Positions 1 to 9,092 of a stretch of DNA of 32,000 nt are shown one piece after another. The stretch comes from Candidatus Altimarinota bacterium (GTDB lineage: Bacteria > Patescibacteriota > Gracilibacteria > UBA1369), in NCBI GenBank assembly GCA_041659405.1, contig JBAZYK010000013.1, forward strand, positions 22,325 to 54,324, written 5' to 3'. Positions within the stretch are counted from its first letter, which is position 1, and every line of letters starts with the position of its first letter. The notes below the pieces were generated by a model, which saw nothing but the letters and a program-made list of their open reading frames with translations, was not told where the DNA came from and searched no databases. Made by a program: the position numbers and the translations under genes.

Positions 1-1398
1 AAACGAAAAGATAATATTGATACTTACAAATATTTTGGCGAACCGGTTTACATTTATTCGCTTAAAGAAGGGATCAATGATGGCTTTTTAACGCCATTTA
101 AAGTCAAAAGGATTCAAACGACTCTTGATGAGTACGTTTATACTTCCGATGATCAGATTGTTGAGGGCGAGGTGGAAGAAGGGAAAATTTATGAAGAATC
201 CGATTTTAATAGAATTATCGAGATCAAGGAGCGCGAAGCAAAACGCGTTCAAATCATGCTGGACGAAATCAATCAAAACGAGAAAACGATTGTGTTCTGC
301 GCGTCGCAGGATCATGCGCTTGCGGTACGGGACTTAATCAATCAAACCAAAAAAAGTTCAGATCCAAATTATTGTGTGCGTGTAACTGCTAACGATGGTG
401 CGCGCGGTGAGCAGTTTTTACGGGCTTTTCAGGATAATGAAAAAACTATTCCAACAATTCTGACCACTTCCCAAAAGCTGTCCACGGGTGTTGATGCCCG
501 CAATATTCGCAATATTGTTTTGATGCGTCCGATCAACTCCATGATTGAATTTAAGCAGATTGTAGGGCGCGGAACGCGTCTTTTTGATGGAAAAGAGTAT
601 TTTACGATCTTTGATTTTGTCGATGCCTATAAGCATTTTTCTGATCCACAGTGGGACGGCGAGCCAATCGATGAAACAACCGAAAATAAAGAGCCAAAAA
701 ATACGAATTATGATGTCGATCCTTCTAAAAACAGTGGATTAGCTTTAGCTGATGGGGATTTTGAAGGTTTTGAACCAAAGAAAAAATTGAAAATAAAATT
801 GCGGGACGGCAAAGAACGTGAAATCAAACACATGATCTCTACTTCCTTCTGGAGCGCCGACGGCAAGCCAATTTCAACGGAAGAGTTTTTGCAAAATATG
901 TTTGGGACTCTGCCGGAGTTTTTTGCCAATGAAGATGAATTGCGGAAAATCTGGTCAAATCCAAAAACAAGAAAAATGTTTTTAGAGAAGATTGCGGATC
1001 TTGGATACGGGAAAGATCAGCTAATAACATTACAAAAAATGATCGACGCCGAAAAAAGCGATATTTTTGATGTACTTGCCTATATTTCCTTTGCCACACC
1101 GCCAATTTCCAGAAAAGAACGTGTAGATGAAGCAAAAGATGCCATTCTAAAGCCACTTGATGAACAGCAAAAAGATTTCTTTGGATTTGTGCTGAACGAA
1201 TATGTTGAAAATGGAGTAGAAGAGCTCGACGAAGAAAAATTGCCTGATCTGCTAAATCTGAAATATCACGCAATCTCTGATGCTGAAAAAGCGCTTGGTG
1301 GAGTCGAAAAGATCAGGTCGACCTTTTTCAATTTTCAAAAGGATTTATACTTAAACAAGCGTAAAGTTGAGGTGAAAAATGTGAAGTCGCCAAAGTGA
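1..1398 (+). CDS. hsdR: Type I restriction enzyme R subunit (HsdR), C-terminal part, truncated at window start
   Basis: Frame 1 is open from base 1 (KRKDNIDTYKYFGEPVYIYSLKEGINDGFLTPFKVKRIQ...). Helicase motifs typical of HsdR are present: 'TILTTSQKLSTGVDARNIRNIVLMRPINSMIEFKQIVGRGTRLFDGKEYFTIFDFV'. Stop at 1398. Confidence 0.9.
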   Translation, partial: KRKDNIDTYKYFGEPVYIYSLKEGINDGFLTPFKVKRIQTTLDEYVYTSDDQIVEGEVEEGKIYEESDFNRIIEIKEREAKRVQIMLDEINQNEKTIVFCASQDHALAVRDLINQTKKSSDPNYCVRVTANDGARGEQFLRAFQDNEKTIPTILTTSQKLSTGVDARNIRNIVLMRPINSMIEFKQIVGRGTRLFDGKEYFTIFDFVDAYKHFSDPQWDGEPIDETTENKEPKNTNYDVDPSKNSGLALADGDFEGFEPKKKLKIKLRDGKEREIKHMISTSFWSADGKPISTEEFLQNMFGTLPEFFANEDELRKIWSNPKTRKMFLEKIADLGYGKDQLITLQKMIDAEKSDIFDVLAYISFATPPISRKERVDEAKDAILKPLDEQQKDFFGFVLNEYVENGVEELDEEKLPDLLNLKYHAISDAEKALGGVEKIRSTFFNFQKDLYLNKRKVEVKNVKSPK

Positions 1399-1499
1399 GC
1401 ATTTTCTTCTTTACACGCCCCTTCCATATTTCGCCAAAATAGGCTAAATTATTGGCCTTGTATTATTTTTGGCCGCCTGGCCTCTACGCCCCTCACACT

Positions 1500-2963
1500 A
1501 TGGCTAACAACGAAACAATCATCAGCTTTGACGCAGTCTCATTTGAATATCTTCATGATAAACCGCTATTAAACGAAGCCAGCTTTTCTGTCCGCAGAGG
1601 GAGCAAAGTGACTTTTATGGGCCAAAACGGCGCCGGTAAAAGTACGATTTTTAAACTTTTGGCTGGAACCTTAAAGCCTCAATCAGGACACGTAAACGTT
1701 GTTCCTCGCCTTACCATCGCCACTGCGCATCAGGTTATGCCGGCAACTGACCGCGAATTAACCGTAAGCGAATTTTTTCAAAAATGTTTCCACGAAAAAA
1801 AGTACGATCTTGATCGCCGCATTGATGAAATTCTTGAAGTGGTAAATCTTCATGCTCCACATGACAAAATCGTTAAAGCTTTTTCCGGAGGACAGCAGGC
1901 CAGATTATTGCTTGCTGCAGCCCTTATTCAGGATCCTGATTTGTTGCTTCTGGATGAACCGACCAATAATCTTGATAAAACCGGTATTGAACATTTGACC
2001 GACTTTCTAATCAACTACCCAAAAACGTGCATAGTTATTTCCCATGATGAAGACTTTTTGAATGCTTTCACCGAAGGAGTTTTGTATTTGGATATTTTTA
2101 CCCGCAAAGTTGAACAGTATGTTGGTAATTATTTTGATGCCGTTGCGGAAATTGCCATTCGTATCGAAAAGGAAAATCGCAAAAATGCCCAGCTGGCAAA
2201 AGAGATTCAAGAGAACAAAGAGCAGGCCAATGTTTTCGCCCATAAAGGTGGTAAATTAAGACTTGTGGCAAAACGCATGCGTGAAAAAGCTGAAGAGTTT
2301 GAGGAAAACAAGGTCGATGTCCGTCGTGAAGATCAAACCATTCGCAATTTTACGATCCCCGCGCAGGAAGATCTTTCCGGTGAAATTTTGAAAATTTCTT
2401 CATTGATGGTTATAAAAAATCATCAGCCAACTACAAAAAAGGCCAAAATTTCTTTAAGAAAAAATCAGCATTTGCTTCTTTCCGGCCCAAACGGAATCGG
2501 CAAAAGTACGCTGCTTGAATCTTTGGCGCAGGGGACTGCTACAGGCGCAAAGATCGATCCAAGTGTCAGAGTTGGCTATTATCGCCAGGATTTTTCCACG
2601 CTTAATTTTGAGCACACAGTCCACCAGGCGCTTCACGAAGCCCTAAAGTTGTCAGGAGAAGAACTCCATGAAGAAATTCTTCGTTCGGTGGCATCAGGCT
2701 TTCTTATCACCAGAGAACTGATTAACAGCAAAATCGGCAACATTTCCGAAGGTCAAAAAGGGCTGGTTGCGTTTGCCTGTCTGGTTTTGCAAAAGCCGGG
2801 ACTTTTAATTTTGGATGAGCCGACCAACCATATTAATTTCCGCCATCTTCCGATTATTGCCGCCGCGCTGGACCAATATGAAGGAGCCATGATTCTGGTT
2901 TCCCACGTGCCGGAATTCGTTGAACAGATCAGAATTGATGAAATTCTTGATCTTAATAAATAA
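1500..2963 (+). CDS. ABC-F family ATP-binding protein (two NBDs, no TM segments)
   Basis: Two Walker A motifs (GQNGAGKST, GPNGIGKST), signature FSGGQQ in NBD1, two LLLDEPTNN/LLILDEPTNH Walker B motifs. ORF track starts at 1452, but the ATG at 1500 (MANNETIISFDAVSF) fits the family start better. Confidence 0.88.
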   Translation: MANNETIISFDAVSFEYLHDKPLLNEASFSVRRGSKVTFMGQNGAGKSTIFKLLAGTLKPQSGHVNVVPRLTIATAHQVMPATDRELTVSEFFQKCFHEKKYDLDRRIDEILEVVNLHAPHDKIVKAFSGGQQARLLLAAALIQDPDLLLLDEPTNNLDKTGIEHLTDFLINYPKTCIVISHDEDFLNAFTEGVLYLDIFTRKVEQYVGNYFDAVAEIAIRIEKENRKNAQLAKEIQENKEQANVFAHKGGKLRLVAKRMREKAEEFEENKVDVRREDQTIRNFTIPAQEDLSGEILKISSLMVIKNHQPTTKKAKISLRKNQHLLLSGPNGIGKSTLLESLAQGTATGAKIDPSVRVGYYRQDFSTLNFEHTVHQALHEALKLSGEELHEEILRSVASGFLITRELINSKIGNISEGQKGLVAFACLVLQKPGLLILDEPTNHINFRHLPIIAAALDQYEGAMILVSHVPEFVEQIRIDEILDLNK

Positions 2964-3041
2964 CCGCTCCGATTTTGAGCGTTTCGCCAGGCCATAAATC
3001 ACTTAATCGGCCCTTCCAATCCGGAAGAGCCTGAAAATGAT

Positions 3042-3143
3042 TTATTTTCTTGCTGCTTTCTTAGCTCTTTTTGCTTCCAATCTTTCTTTTGGATTTAGCT
3101 TTGGTGCTTTTTTTCCTTCTCTTTTTGGTTTGTCTCCAGCCAT
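3042..3143 (-). CDS. Putative 33-aa highly basic small protein
   Basis: Reverse-strand ATG..TAA encodes MAGDKPKREGKKAPKLNPKERLEAKRAKKAARK. Below the ORF-track cutoff. Lies about 117 nt downstream of the engB stop on the same strand. Confidence 0.35.
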   Translation of the reverse strand: MAGDKPKREGKKAPKLNPKERLEAKRAKKAARK

Positions 3144-3259
3144 GGTGAAAAGATTAAAAAATATTTGATGGATAAAAATCCATTACCAAAATAATAAACC
3201 AAATGTCCGTAATTTCATACAAGAAATGAAATTATTTACAGTCAGCCTATGTTCAACAA

Positions 3260-3832
3260 TTAATATTTGGAAATTTCCTCAGTCAGCGCGCCAATGCCAA
3301 TGTTTTTTACTGATGAGTATGGGAAAACTTTATGGCCACCAACGGCATCCTGAATTTTTTTAAGCTTCATTTTATATTCGGAATTTTTGATTTTGTCGAT
3401 TTTATTCGCAACAACCACAATGTTTTTTTGAGCTGCTTCCAAACACTCAAGCATCTCTAAATCGTTAGCGGTTACACCTATATTCGCATCAATGATCAGT
3501 ACAATTATTTTTTGCTCATAGCGCGACTCAAACAAATACCAGTTGATCAATTTTTTCAGTTTGTCGCGTCCTGCTCCGGAAACTCTGGCAAATCCATATC
3601 CCGGTAAATCCACCAGATAAAATTTATTATTAATCAAAAATAAATTTATTTGCTGGGTGCGCCCCGGAAAAGCACTGGTTCTGGCCAAATCTTTCTGTTT
3701 GGTCAAAGAATTAATGATACTGGATTTACCCACATTGGACCTGCCAATAAACGCAATTTGTGGCCTGTCGTCGTCCAAATTCCAATCTTCATCAACTATG
3801 CCCTTTAAAAATTTTGCAGATTTTATATTCAT
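3260..3832 (-). CDS. engB: Ribosome biogenesis GTP-binding protein YsxC/EngB
   Basis: GRSNVGKSSIINSL (G1), GRTQQINLF, DLPGYGFA (G3), VANKIDKI (G4). Confidence 0.95.
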   Translation of the reverse strand: MNIKSAKFLKGIVDEDWNLDDDRPQIAFIGRSNVGKSSIINSLTKQKDLARTSAFPGRTQQINLFLINNKFYLVDLPGYGFARVSGAGRDKLKKLINWYLFESRYEQKIIVLIIDANIGVTANDLEMLECLEAAQKNIVVVANKIDKIKNSEYKMKLKKIQDAVGGHKVFPYSSVKNIGIGALTEEISKY

Positions 3833-3852
3833 AAATCCATTATATCAGGAAA

Positions 3853-5694
3853 TTACTTTAAAAAGCGGTCTTCCAGGTTATTAGTCTCGGCGTAAGCCTT
3901 AATAATCGCCAAAAAATCCGGCCCATATTCGGCCAATTTCATTCTTCCCACGCCCGTAATAAAGGCAAAAGTGTCATTACTTTGCGGCAGATAGAAAGAC
4001 ATTTCCTGCAACGAAACATCGCCAAAAATAATAAATGGCGGAACCCGTTTTTTATCGGCAATACCCTTTCGCAGTACGCGCAGTTGTTCAAACAGTGGGC
4101 GATGATAATCCAAAACCACAGTGGCCGCATTTTTCTTGACCCTGGCCCTATTTACGGTTGCCACATGCAAAGAATCCCTTGCCACAGTTGGCCTGCTTAG
4201 AAAGATTTTTTCACGCGTGTTCAGGCAAACTCTGCCTTCTTCCGTCACTTTTAACACCGGATATTCTCCGGTAGTTTTTTGCAGAATTTTATTGGCGATG
4301 AGTAGCTCAATAATCTGACGAAGTTCTTCCGCCTTTTCGTCTTTGGCAACCCCAAAAACCGATAATTTTTGATGCTGGCGTTCACGAGTTTTTTCGGTTT
4401 CTTTTCCACGCAAAACATCAACAATATAAGTTAGCCCAAAGCGTTCTTCCGTGCGTAAAATTGCCGAAAGAATTTTCCAGGATATTCCGGTGGCATCAAA
4501 ACTTTCCTTTGTAGCAAGGCAATTATCGCAACCCTGACAATTTTCCTGGATCTGATTTTCGCCAAAATATTTCAAAAGATAAGCGCGCCGGCAAGTTTGA
4601 AGCTCGGCATACTGAATAATCTGAGCCAGTTTCTCCGCCGCGCCCTTGCGCTGATCCGGATCCGCAATCTGATTTATAAAAAAATTATGTTTGATTTTAT
4701 CGCCATAGGAATAAAAAAGCACACACTCGCTTGGAAGCCCGTCACGTCCCGCACGGCCCGTTTCCTGATAATAAGATTCAACGCTCTTCGGCAAATCAAA
4801 ATGTACAACTAAACGTACATTTGGCTTGTCTATGCCCATTCCAAAAGCAATCGTGGCCACGATAATTGAAGTTTCATCGTGGATAAATTTTTCCTGGGTG
4901 TCTTTGCGCTTTTCCGCATCCAGACCTGCATGATAAGGCAAAGCCCGTAAATTTTCTTCCTGCAGTCTTTCCGCAATTTCTTCCGTTCTTTTTCGCGAAA
5001 AACAGTAAATAATCACCGACTCGTTTTCGTATTTTTTCAACAAAACCACCAGTTCTTCCAGCGCTTTTTTCTTTGGCCTCATCTGGTACGTAAGATTGCT
5101 TCGATTAAAACTGGAAAGAAAAGTTTTAGCTTTAGAAAGTCCCAGTTGTTCAATAATATCCAAACGTACTTTATCCGTAGCCGTAGCGGTTAGTGCCATC
5201 AACGGCACTTTTGGAAAATTCTTCCGTAAAGATTTTAAATTTCGATATTCCGGACGGAAATCATGCCCCCATTCCGAAATACAATGCGCTTCATCAATCG
5301 CGATCAGATCAAGTTTAAGTTTATGCAAAAAATCCTGAAAAGCGGGCAGAGCCAAGCGTTCCGGAGTCACATATAAAATTTTGATTTGCCCCTTTTTCAA
5401 TCGAAACTCAATATTTTGATGAGCCTCAAAAGATAAAGTACTATTAATAAAGGCAGCCGGAATACCGTTGCTGTTCAAGGAATCGACCTGATCCTTCATT
5501 AAAGCTATCAAAGGCGAAATCACCAAAGTAAGGCCCGGAAAAGCCAGCGCGGGTAACTGATAGCAAAGTGATTTTCCTCCACCTGTAGCCATAATTACCA
5601 GCGCTTCTTGCTTTTGTAGGATGTGATAAATAATTTCTTCCTGTAAAGGACGGAATTTATCATACCCAAAATGGGTTTTGAGTAATTTTTGCAT
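3853..5694 (-). CDS. recQ: ATP-dependent DNA helicase RecQ
   Basis: FRPLQEEII, ATGGGKSLCYQLPAL, DEAHCISEWGHDFRPEY, GRAGRDG, zinc-binding C-x16-C-x2-C-x2-C region (CRRAYLLKYFGENQIQENCQGCDNC), HRDC-like C-terminus. Confidence 0.95.
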   Translation of the reverse strand: MQKLLKTHFGYDKFRPLQEEIIYHILQKQEALVIMATGGGKSLCYQLPALAFPGLTLVISPLIALMKDQVDSLNSNGIPAAFINSTLSFEAHQNIEFRLKKGQIKILYVTPERLALPAFQDFLHKLKLDLIAIDEAHCISEWGHDFRPEYRNLKSLRKNFPKVPLMALTATATDKVRLDIIEQLGLSKAKTFLSSFNRSNLTYQMRPKKKALEELVVLLKKYENESVIIYCFSRKRTEEIAERLQEENLRALPYHAGLDAEKRKDTQEKFIHDETSIIVATIAFGMGIDKPNVRLVVHFDLPKSVESYYQETGRAGRDGLPSECVLFYSYGDKIKHNFFINQIADPDQRKGAAEKLAQIIQYAELQTCRRAYLLKYFGENQIQENCQGCDNCLATKESFDATGISWKILSAILRTEERFGLTYIVDVLRGKETEKTRERQHQKLSVFGVAKDEKAEELRQIIELLIANKILQKTTGEYPVLKVTEEGRVCLNTREKIFLSRPTVARDSLHVATVNRARVKKNAATVVLDYHRPLFEQLRVLRKGIADKKRVPPFIIFGDVSLQEMSFYLPQSNDTFAFITGVGRMKLAEYGPDFLAIIKAYAETNNLEDRFLK

Positions 5695-5703
5695 GAATCA
5701 AGT

Positions 5704-6381
5704 CTAAGCTTTAGCCACCTTTTTAGCCTTAGGCTTAGAAGCTTTGACCTTTTTTTCCTCAACCGGTGCTTTTTCAGTTTCTTTAGGTTGAGCAGTTTCC
5801 TTAGCCTGTACCGGTTCTTTTGCCTTAACCGTTTCTTTAGCAGGAGCTGTTCCTTTAGAAGCAGAAGTCATCATCATCAAGATTCTATCAAGTTTGATAT
5901 TTAAGATATCAAGCTGTTCTTTATATTGATCAGGACCTTTGTTGTTGCTGCCGGCATTGCCACCTTTTTTAAAGCAATTATTGCAGAAAACTGGCTTATC
6001 GCCACTTGGTCTAAAAGGAACTTCACAAGACTCACCGCAATCGGTGCATGTTGCCTCGTGCATTTCAGGTCTTGAATCTCTGCCAAAGCCGGAATCCCTG
6101 TCTCTGCCAAAACTTCTACCTCTGTCACCACCACGGTCATCTGTTCTGCGTGGGCTGGAATCGCCACCTTTTTTAAAGCAGTCACTGCAATAAACAGGCC
6201 TGTCATTACTTGGCTTGAAAGGAACTTCGCAAGAACTTCCACAGTCGCCACAAGTTGCCTTGTGCATTGTGAAATTGCTTGGACCTCTGTCGCTAAAGCT
6301 TCTTTTACCAAAGTCTCTGTTACCTCCACCAAACGACCTACCGCCGCCACTTCCACCTCTGTTTGATCTGTCGAATCCCAT
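5704..6381 (-). CDS. RG-rich protein with two CxxC-x17-CxxC zinc ribbons and a K/A/P/E-rich tail
   Basis: Two near-identical modules: MHKATCGDCGSSCEVPFKPSNDRPVYCSDCFKK and MHEATCTDCGESCEVPFRPSGDKPVFCNNCFKK, joined by RG/RD-rich linkers. Stop lies 9 nt before the recQ start. Confidence 0.85.
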   Translation of the reverse strand: MGFDRSNRGGSGGGRSFGGGNRDFGKRSFSDRGPSNFTMHKATCGDCGSSCEVPFKPSNDRPVYCSDCFKKGGDSSPRRTDDRGGDRGRSFGRDRDSGFGRDSRPEMHEATCTDCGESCEVPFRPSGDKPVFCNNCFKKGGNAGSNNKGPDQYKEQLDILNIKLDRILMMMTSASKGTAPAKETVKAKEPVQAKETAQPKETEKAPVEEKKVKASKPKAKKVAKA

Positions 6382-6614
6382 AAAAAAAGGATAAAAAATA
6401 AATTCCGTTAAGTCTTGGACTGTAGGAATCTACTAAGCACCCTACAAAACTCTACCTATTGGCTTGCGCATATTACCTAATATATTCAAATATAACAACC
6501 CCATTTTAAAAAACCGCAATTATTAGCCATTATTCCATTTGCGCAAGAGCTCTTTTTAACCTTAGCGGTCATCAAGGCTGAAACCGATTTTAAGCATCAC
6601 CAAAACGCTTGCAA

Positions 6615-6631
6615 ATGCAATACAGTTGCAT
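6615..6631. promoter_or_regulatory. Candidate Zur/Fur-family operator upstream of znuA
   Basis: 17-bp dyad ATGCAATACAGTTGCAT (6 paired positions per arm), 38 nt before the likely znuA ATG at 6670. Resembles the 17-mer upstream of znuC at 23135-23151. Confidence 0.55.
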
Positions 6632-6669
6632 TATGATTGACTCAGTTTTTAACTCTTTTACCGTTCAAA

Positions 6670-7602
6670 ATGAAAAGACACCTCGCGTACATATTTATGA
6701 TCCCTGCTTTACTTTTTGTGGGCTGCGGCCAGCCACAGAATGTGCCCGGAAATTCCTCCACCTTAAAAATCATCACCAGTTTTTATCCAATTTATGAAAT
6801 AGTGAAACAGGTTGGGGGAGCCAATGTAACCATTCAAAATCTTGTTCCGGCAGGCGCGGAACCGCACGACTACGAGCCAACTCCCCAAGAAATTGTGAAT
6901 CTTAATCAGGCTGATTTGGTGGTTTATAATGGAATGGGCCTGGAACCATGGGCGGACAAAATCATCCCCGAGCTTCAGCAAAATGGCTCAAAAACTTTAA
7001 ATCTTTCCGATTATTTTAAAAATAATGCCATTACAAATAGTCCCAAAACACCTGGAGATGCGGAATATCTGCCTTTTGACCCACATTTATGGCTGGATCC
7101 GGTTAATTATCAAAAAGAAGTTCAAACAGTTACGCAAAAATTGGTAGAGATAGATCCAAATCATCAAACAGACTATCAACAAAATTCGCAGAAATTTATT
7201 AAACAACTTCAGGAGTTGGACCTTGCTTACCAAAATGGCTTTAAAAGCTGCAAATTAAACAGTTTTGTCACAAGTCACGCTGCTTTTGCCTATCTTGCCA
7301 ATCGTTATCATCTAAAGATGGTCGCAATTTCCGGCCTTTCCCCCGATGCCGAGCCTTCTTCCAAAGTTATGGCCGAACTGACCAATTTAATCCGGCAAAA
7401 CAACATTCAATATATTCTTACCGAAAGCCTGGTTAGCCCTAAAATTGCCGATACTTTAGCGCAGGAAACAGGCACCAAAACTTTAATTTTAAATCCGTTG
7501 GAGGGATTAACCGACCAGGAAATCGCCAAAGGTAAAAATTACGTGAGTGTGATGCAGGACAATCTTAGGAGTCTGCAAACAGCACTTGAGTGCGGAAATT
7601 AA
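6670..7602 (+). CDS. znuA: Zinc/manganese ABC transporter substrate-binding lipoprotein (ZnuA/TroA family)
   Basis: Lipoprotein signal MKRHLAYIFMIPALLFVGCGQ; family motifs AGAEPHDYEPTP, FDPHLWLDP, TSHAAFAYLANRY. ORF track uses an upstream TTG at 6637. Confidence 0.9.
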   Translation: MKRHLAYIFMIPALLFVGCGQPQNVPGNSSTLKIITSFYPIYEIVKQVGGANVTIQNLVPAGAEPHDYEPTPQEIVNLNQADLVVYNGMGLEPWADKIIPELQQNGSKTLNLSDYFKNNAITNSPKTPGDAEYLPFDPHLWLDPVNYQKEVQTVTQKLVEIDPNHQTDYQQNSQKFIKQLQELDLAYQNGFKSCKLNSFVTSHAAFAYLANRYHLKMVAISGLSPDAEPSSKVMAELTNLIRQNNIQYILTESLVSPKIADTLAQETGTKTLILNPLEGLTDQEIAKGKNYVSVMQDNLRSLQTALECGN

Positions 7603-7670
7603 TGTGAAATATTTTTAGCCACCGGGTGTAATATAGGTGTACAGATAAAATTCCCGCTAAATTCTGCTCG

Positions 7671-8246
7671 ATGAAAATACCCGAAGCTCAGCTGACTGAT
7701 GAACAAATAGCGCTATTGGTACAACAAGGAGATAAAGAAAAATTCGGGTTCTTGATGGATCGATACGAACAGAAACTTTTCCGCTACGGCAAAAAATTTC
7801 TTTTTGATTGGCATAATATTGAGGATCTGATTCAGGAGATCTTTTTAAAAGCTTATCAAAATATTAAAAGTTTTGATGTTTCACAAAAGTTTTCTCCCTG
7901 GATTTACCGCATTGCCCACAATTCATTTATCAATGCCATCAAGAAAACCAGCAGAAGCCCCCTTTCGTTTTTTGATTTTGATACACTGATCCCTCATCCG
8001 GAACATATTGATGAAGTAGCTCAGGAACATGATCGTAAAGCGATGCGTAAAATCATTGATCAGGGACTTCAAAAGCTCTCATCAAACTATCGGGAAATTA
8101 TTATTTTATTTTATCTTGAAGAACTGAGTTACAAAGAAATCGGAGACATCCTTCATGTTCCACCTGGGACGGTTGGAATTCGCCTGCAAAGAGCCAAAAA
8201 ACAGCTTAAAGAAAATTTACCGGCAGATGTAAAACTTCACCTATGA
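7671..8246 (+). CDS. RNA polymerase sigma-70 family, ECF-type sigma factor
   Basis: Sigma2 'IEDLIQEIFLKAYQNIKSF...FSPWIYRIAHN' and sigma4 'LSSNYREIIILFYLEELSYKEIGDILHVPPGTVGIRLQRAKKQLKE'. Confidence 0.93.
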   Translation: MKIPEAQLTDEQIALLVQQGDKEKFGFLMDRYEQKLFRYGKKFLFDWHNIEDLIQEIFLKAYQNIKSFDVSQKFSPWIYRIAHNSFINAIKKTSRSPLSFFDFDTLIPHPEHIDEVAQEHDRKAMRKIIDQGLQKLSSNYREIIILFYLEELSYKEIGDILHVPPGTVGIRLQRAKKQLKENLPADVKLHL

Positions 8247-9016
8247 ATAAAATACCACCACAATCAGACCCAAGCGCGAGCTCCATTCCTGAAACATTGC
8301 ACGAGAAATTTAAAAATTCCGTGCTTGATAAAATTAAAAAAGGCGAAGTTCACATGCGTCCCAAAGCTTATTTTGTGCTCAAATTAATACTTTTGATTAC
8401 AGTTGGTGTTTTGGCTTTGCTGACATCTTCAGTGCTGATTAGTTTCATTATTTTTAGTGTAAACGTCAGCGGGAAAATGTTTTTGTTAGGATTTGGTGCA
8501 CGCGGAATTAGCATGTTCTTTTTGCTTTTCCCCTGGAAAATTCTGGTAATAAATGTTTTACTTTTATTTTTATTGGAATGGCTGATTAAACGTTTTCAAT
8601 TTGGGTATCGCCGACCTTTTATTTATCTTTTATCATGTGCCTTGGCAATCAGCATTGTTGCCGGACTTATCATCAATGCAACTCCACTTCATCAAGCTAT
8701 ATTAAAATCAAACGAAGAAAGGCATTTGCCGGTAATTGGATCATTTTATGAACATTTAAGAAGGCCGACCGATGGCAGAGATGTGGTCAGAGGAGTGGTA
8801 ATCACCATTTCCGGAAACTCATTAACACTTCAGGCTGATGATCTTGATAACGATCATGATGACGGTATCAGAAAAGTTATTATGGCACCGCCAATTCAAA
8901 TTCCAAATTTTATCAAAATTGGGGACTTGATTTTCGTAGCGGGTGATCTTAGGGATGATCAAATTTTTGCCTTTGGTATAAGAAAAATCGAACCTAATGT
9001 GGGTAATCGGAAATAA
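8243..9016 (+). CDS. Membrane protein, probable regulator/anti-sigma partner of the upstream ECF factor, with C-terminal DUF5666/OB-like beta module
   Basis: 4-nt overlap (ATGA) with the sigma gene; short cytosolic N-terminus (FKNSVLDKIKKGEVHMRPKAYF) followed by several TM helices; extracytosolic C-terminus 'RGVVITISGNSLTLQADD...IKIGDLIFVAGDL'. Confidence 0.6.
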   Translation: MNKIPPQSDPSASSIPETLHEKFKNSVLDKIKKGEVHMRPKAYFVLKLILLITVGVLALLTSSVLISFIIFSVNVSGKMFLLGFGARGISMFFLLFPWKILVINVLLLFLLEWLIKRFQFGYRRPFIYLLSCALAISIVAGLIINATPLHQAILKSNEERHLPVIGSFYEHLRRPTDGRDVVRGVVITISGNSLTLQADDLDNDHDDGIRKVIMAPPIQIPNFIKIGDLIFVAGDLRDDQIFAFGIRKIEPNVGNRK

Positions 9017-9092
9017 TAAATGAAATAATCTTGTCCGAGAGGGTGTAGTAGTAAGTGTCGCGACTGATTATTATTTATTAAACTCAAAATCT

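Noticed and set aside
839-1273. 144-aa minus-strand ORF
   Set aside because: Fully antisense to the well-supported hsdR coding frame; composition reads as shadow translation.
1-1398. Possible wider defence island at the left edge
   Set aside because: Only the HsdR C-terminus is present and the next genes are housekeeping-like; HsdM/HsdS would need sequence outside this window.
3168-3183. ATGGAT-AAAA-ATCCAT hairpin after engB
   Set aside because: Weak A/T-rich 6-bp stem without a T-run; not convincing as a terminator.
5901-6356. 151-aa plus-strand ORF
   Set aside because: Mirror of the low-complexity RG-rich CxxC gene; repeated units simply reflect the duplication on the coding strand.
6421-6446. 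TGTAGG ... CCTACA inverted repeat upstream of the CxxC gene
   Set aside because: 6-bp arms with a 14-nt loop are expected by chance in an intergenic region of this size.
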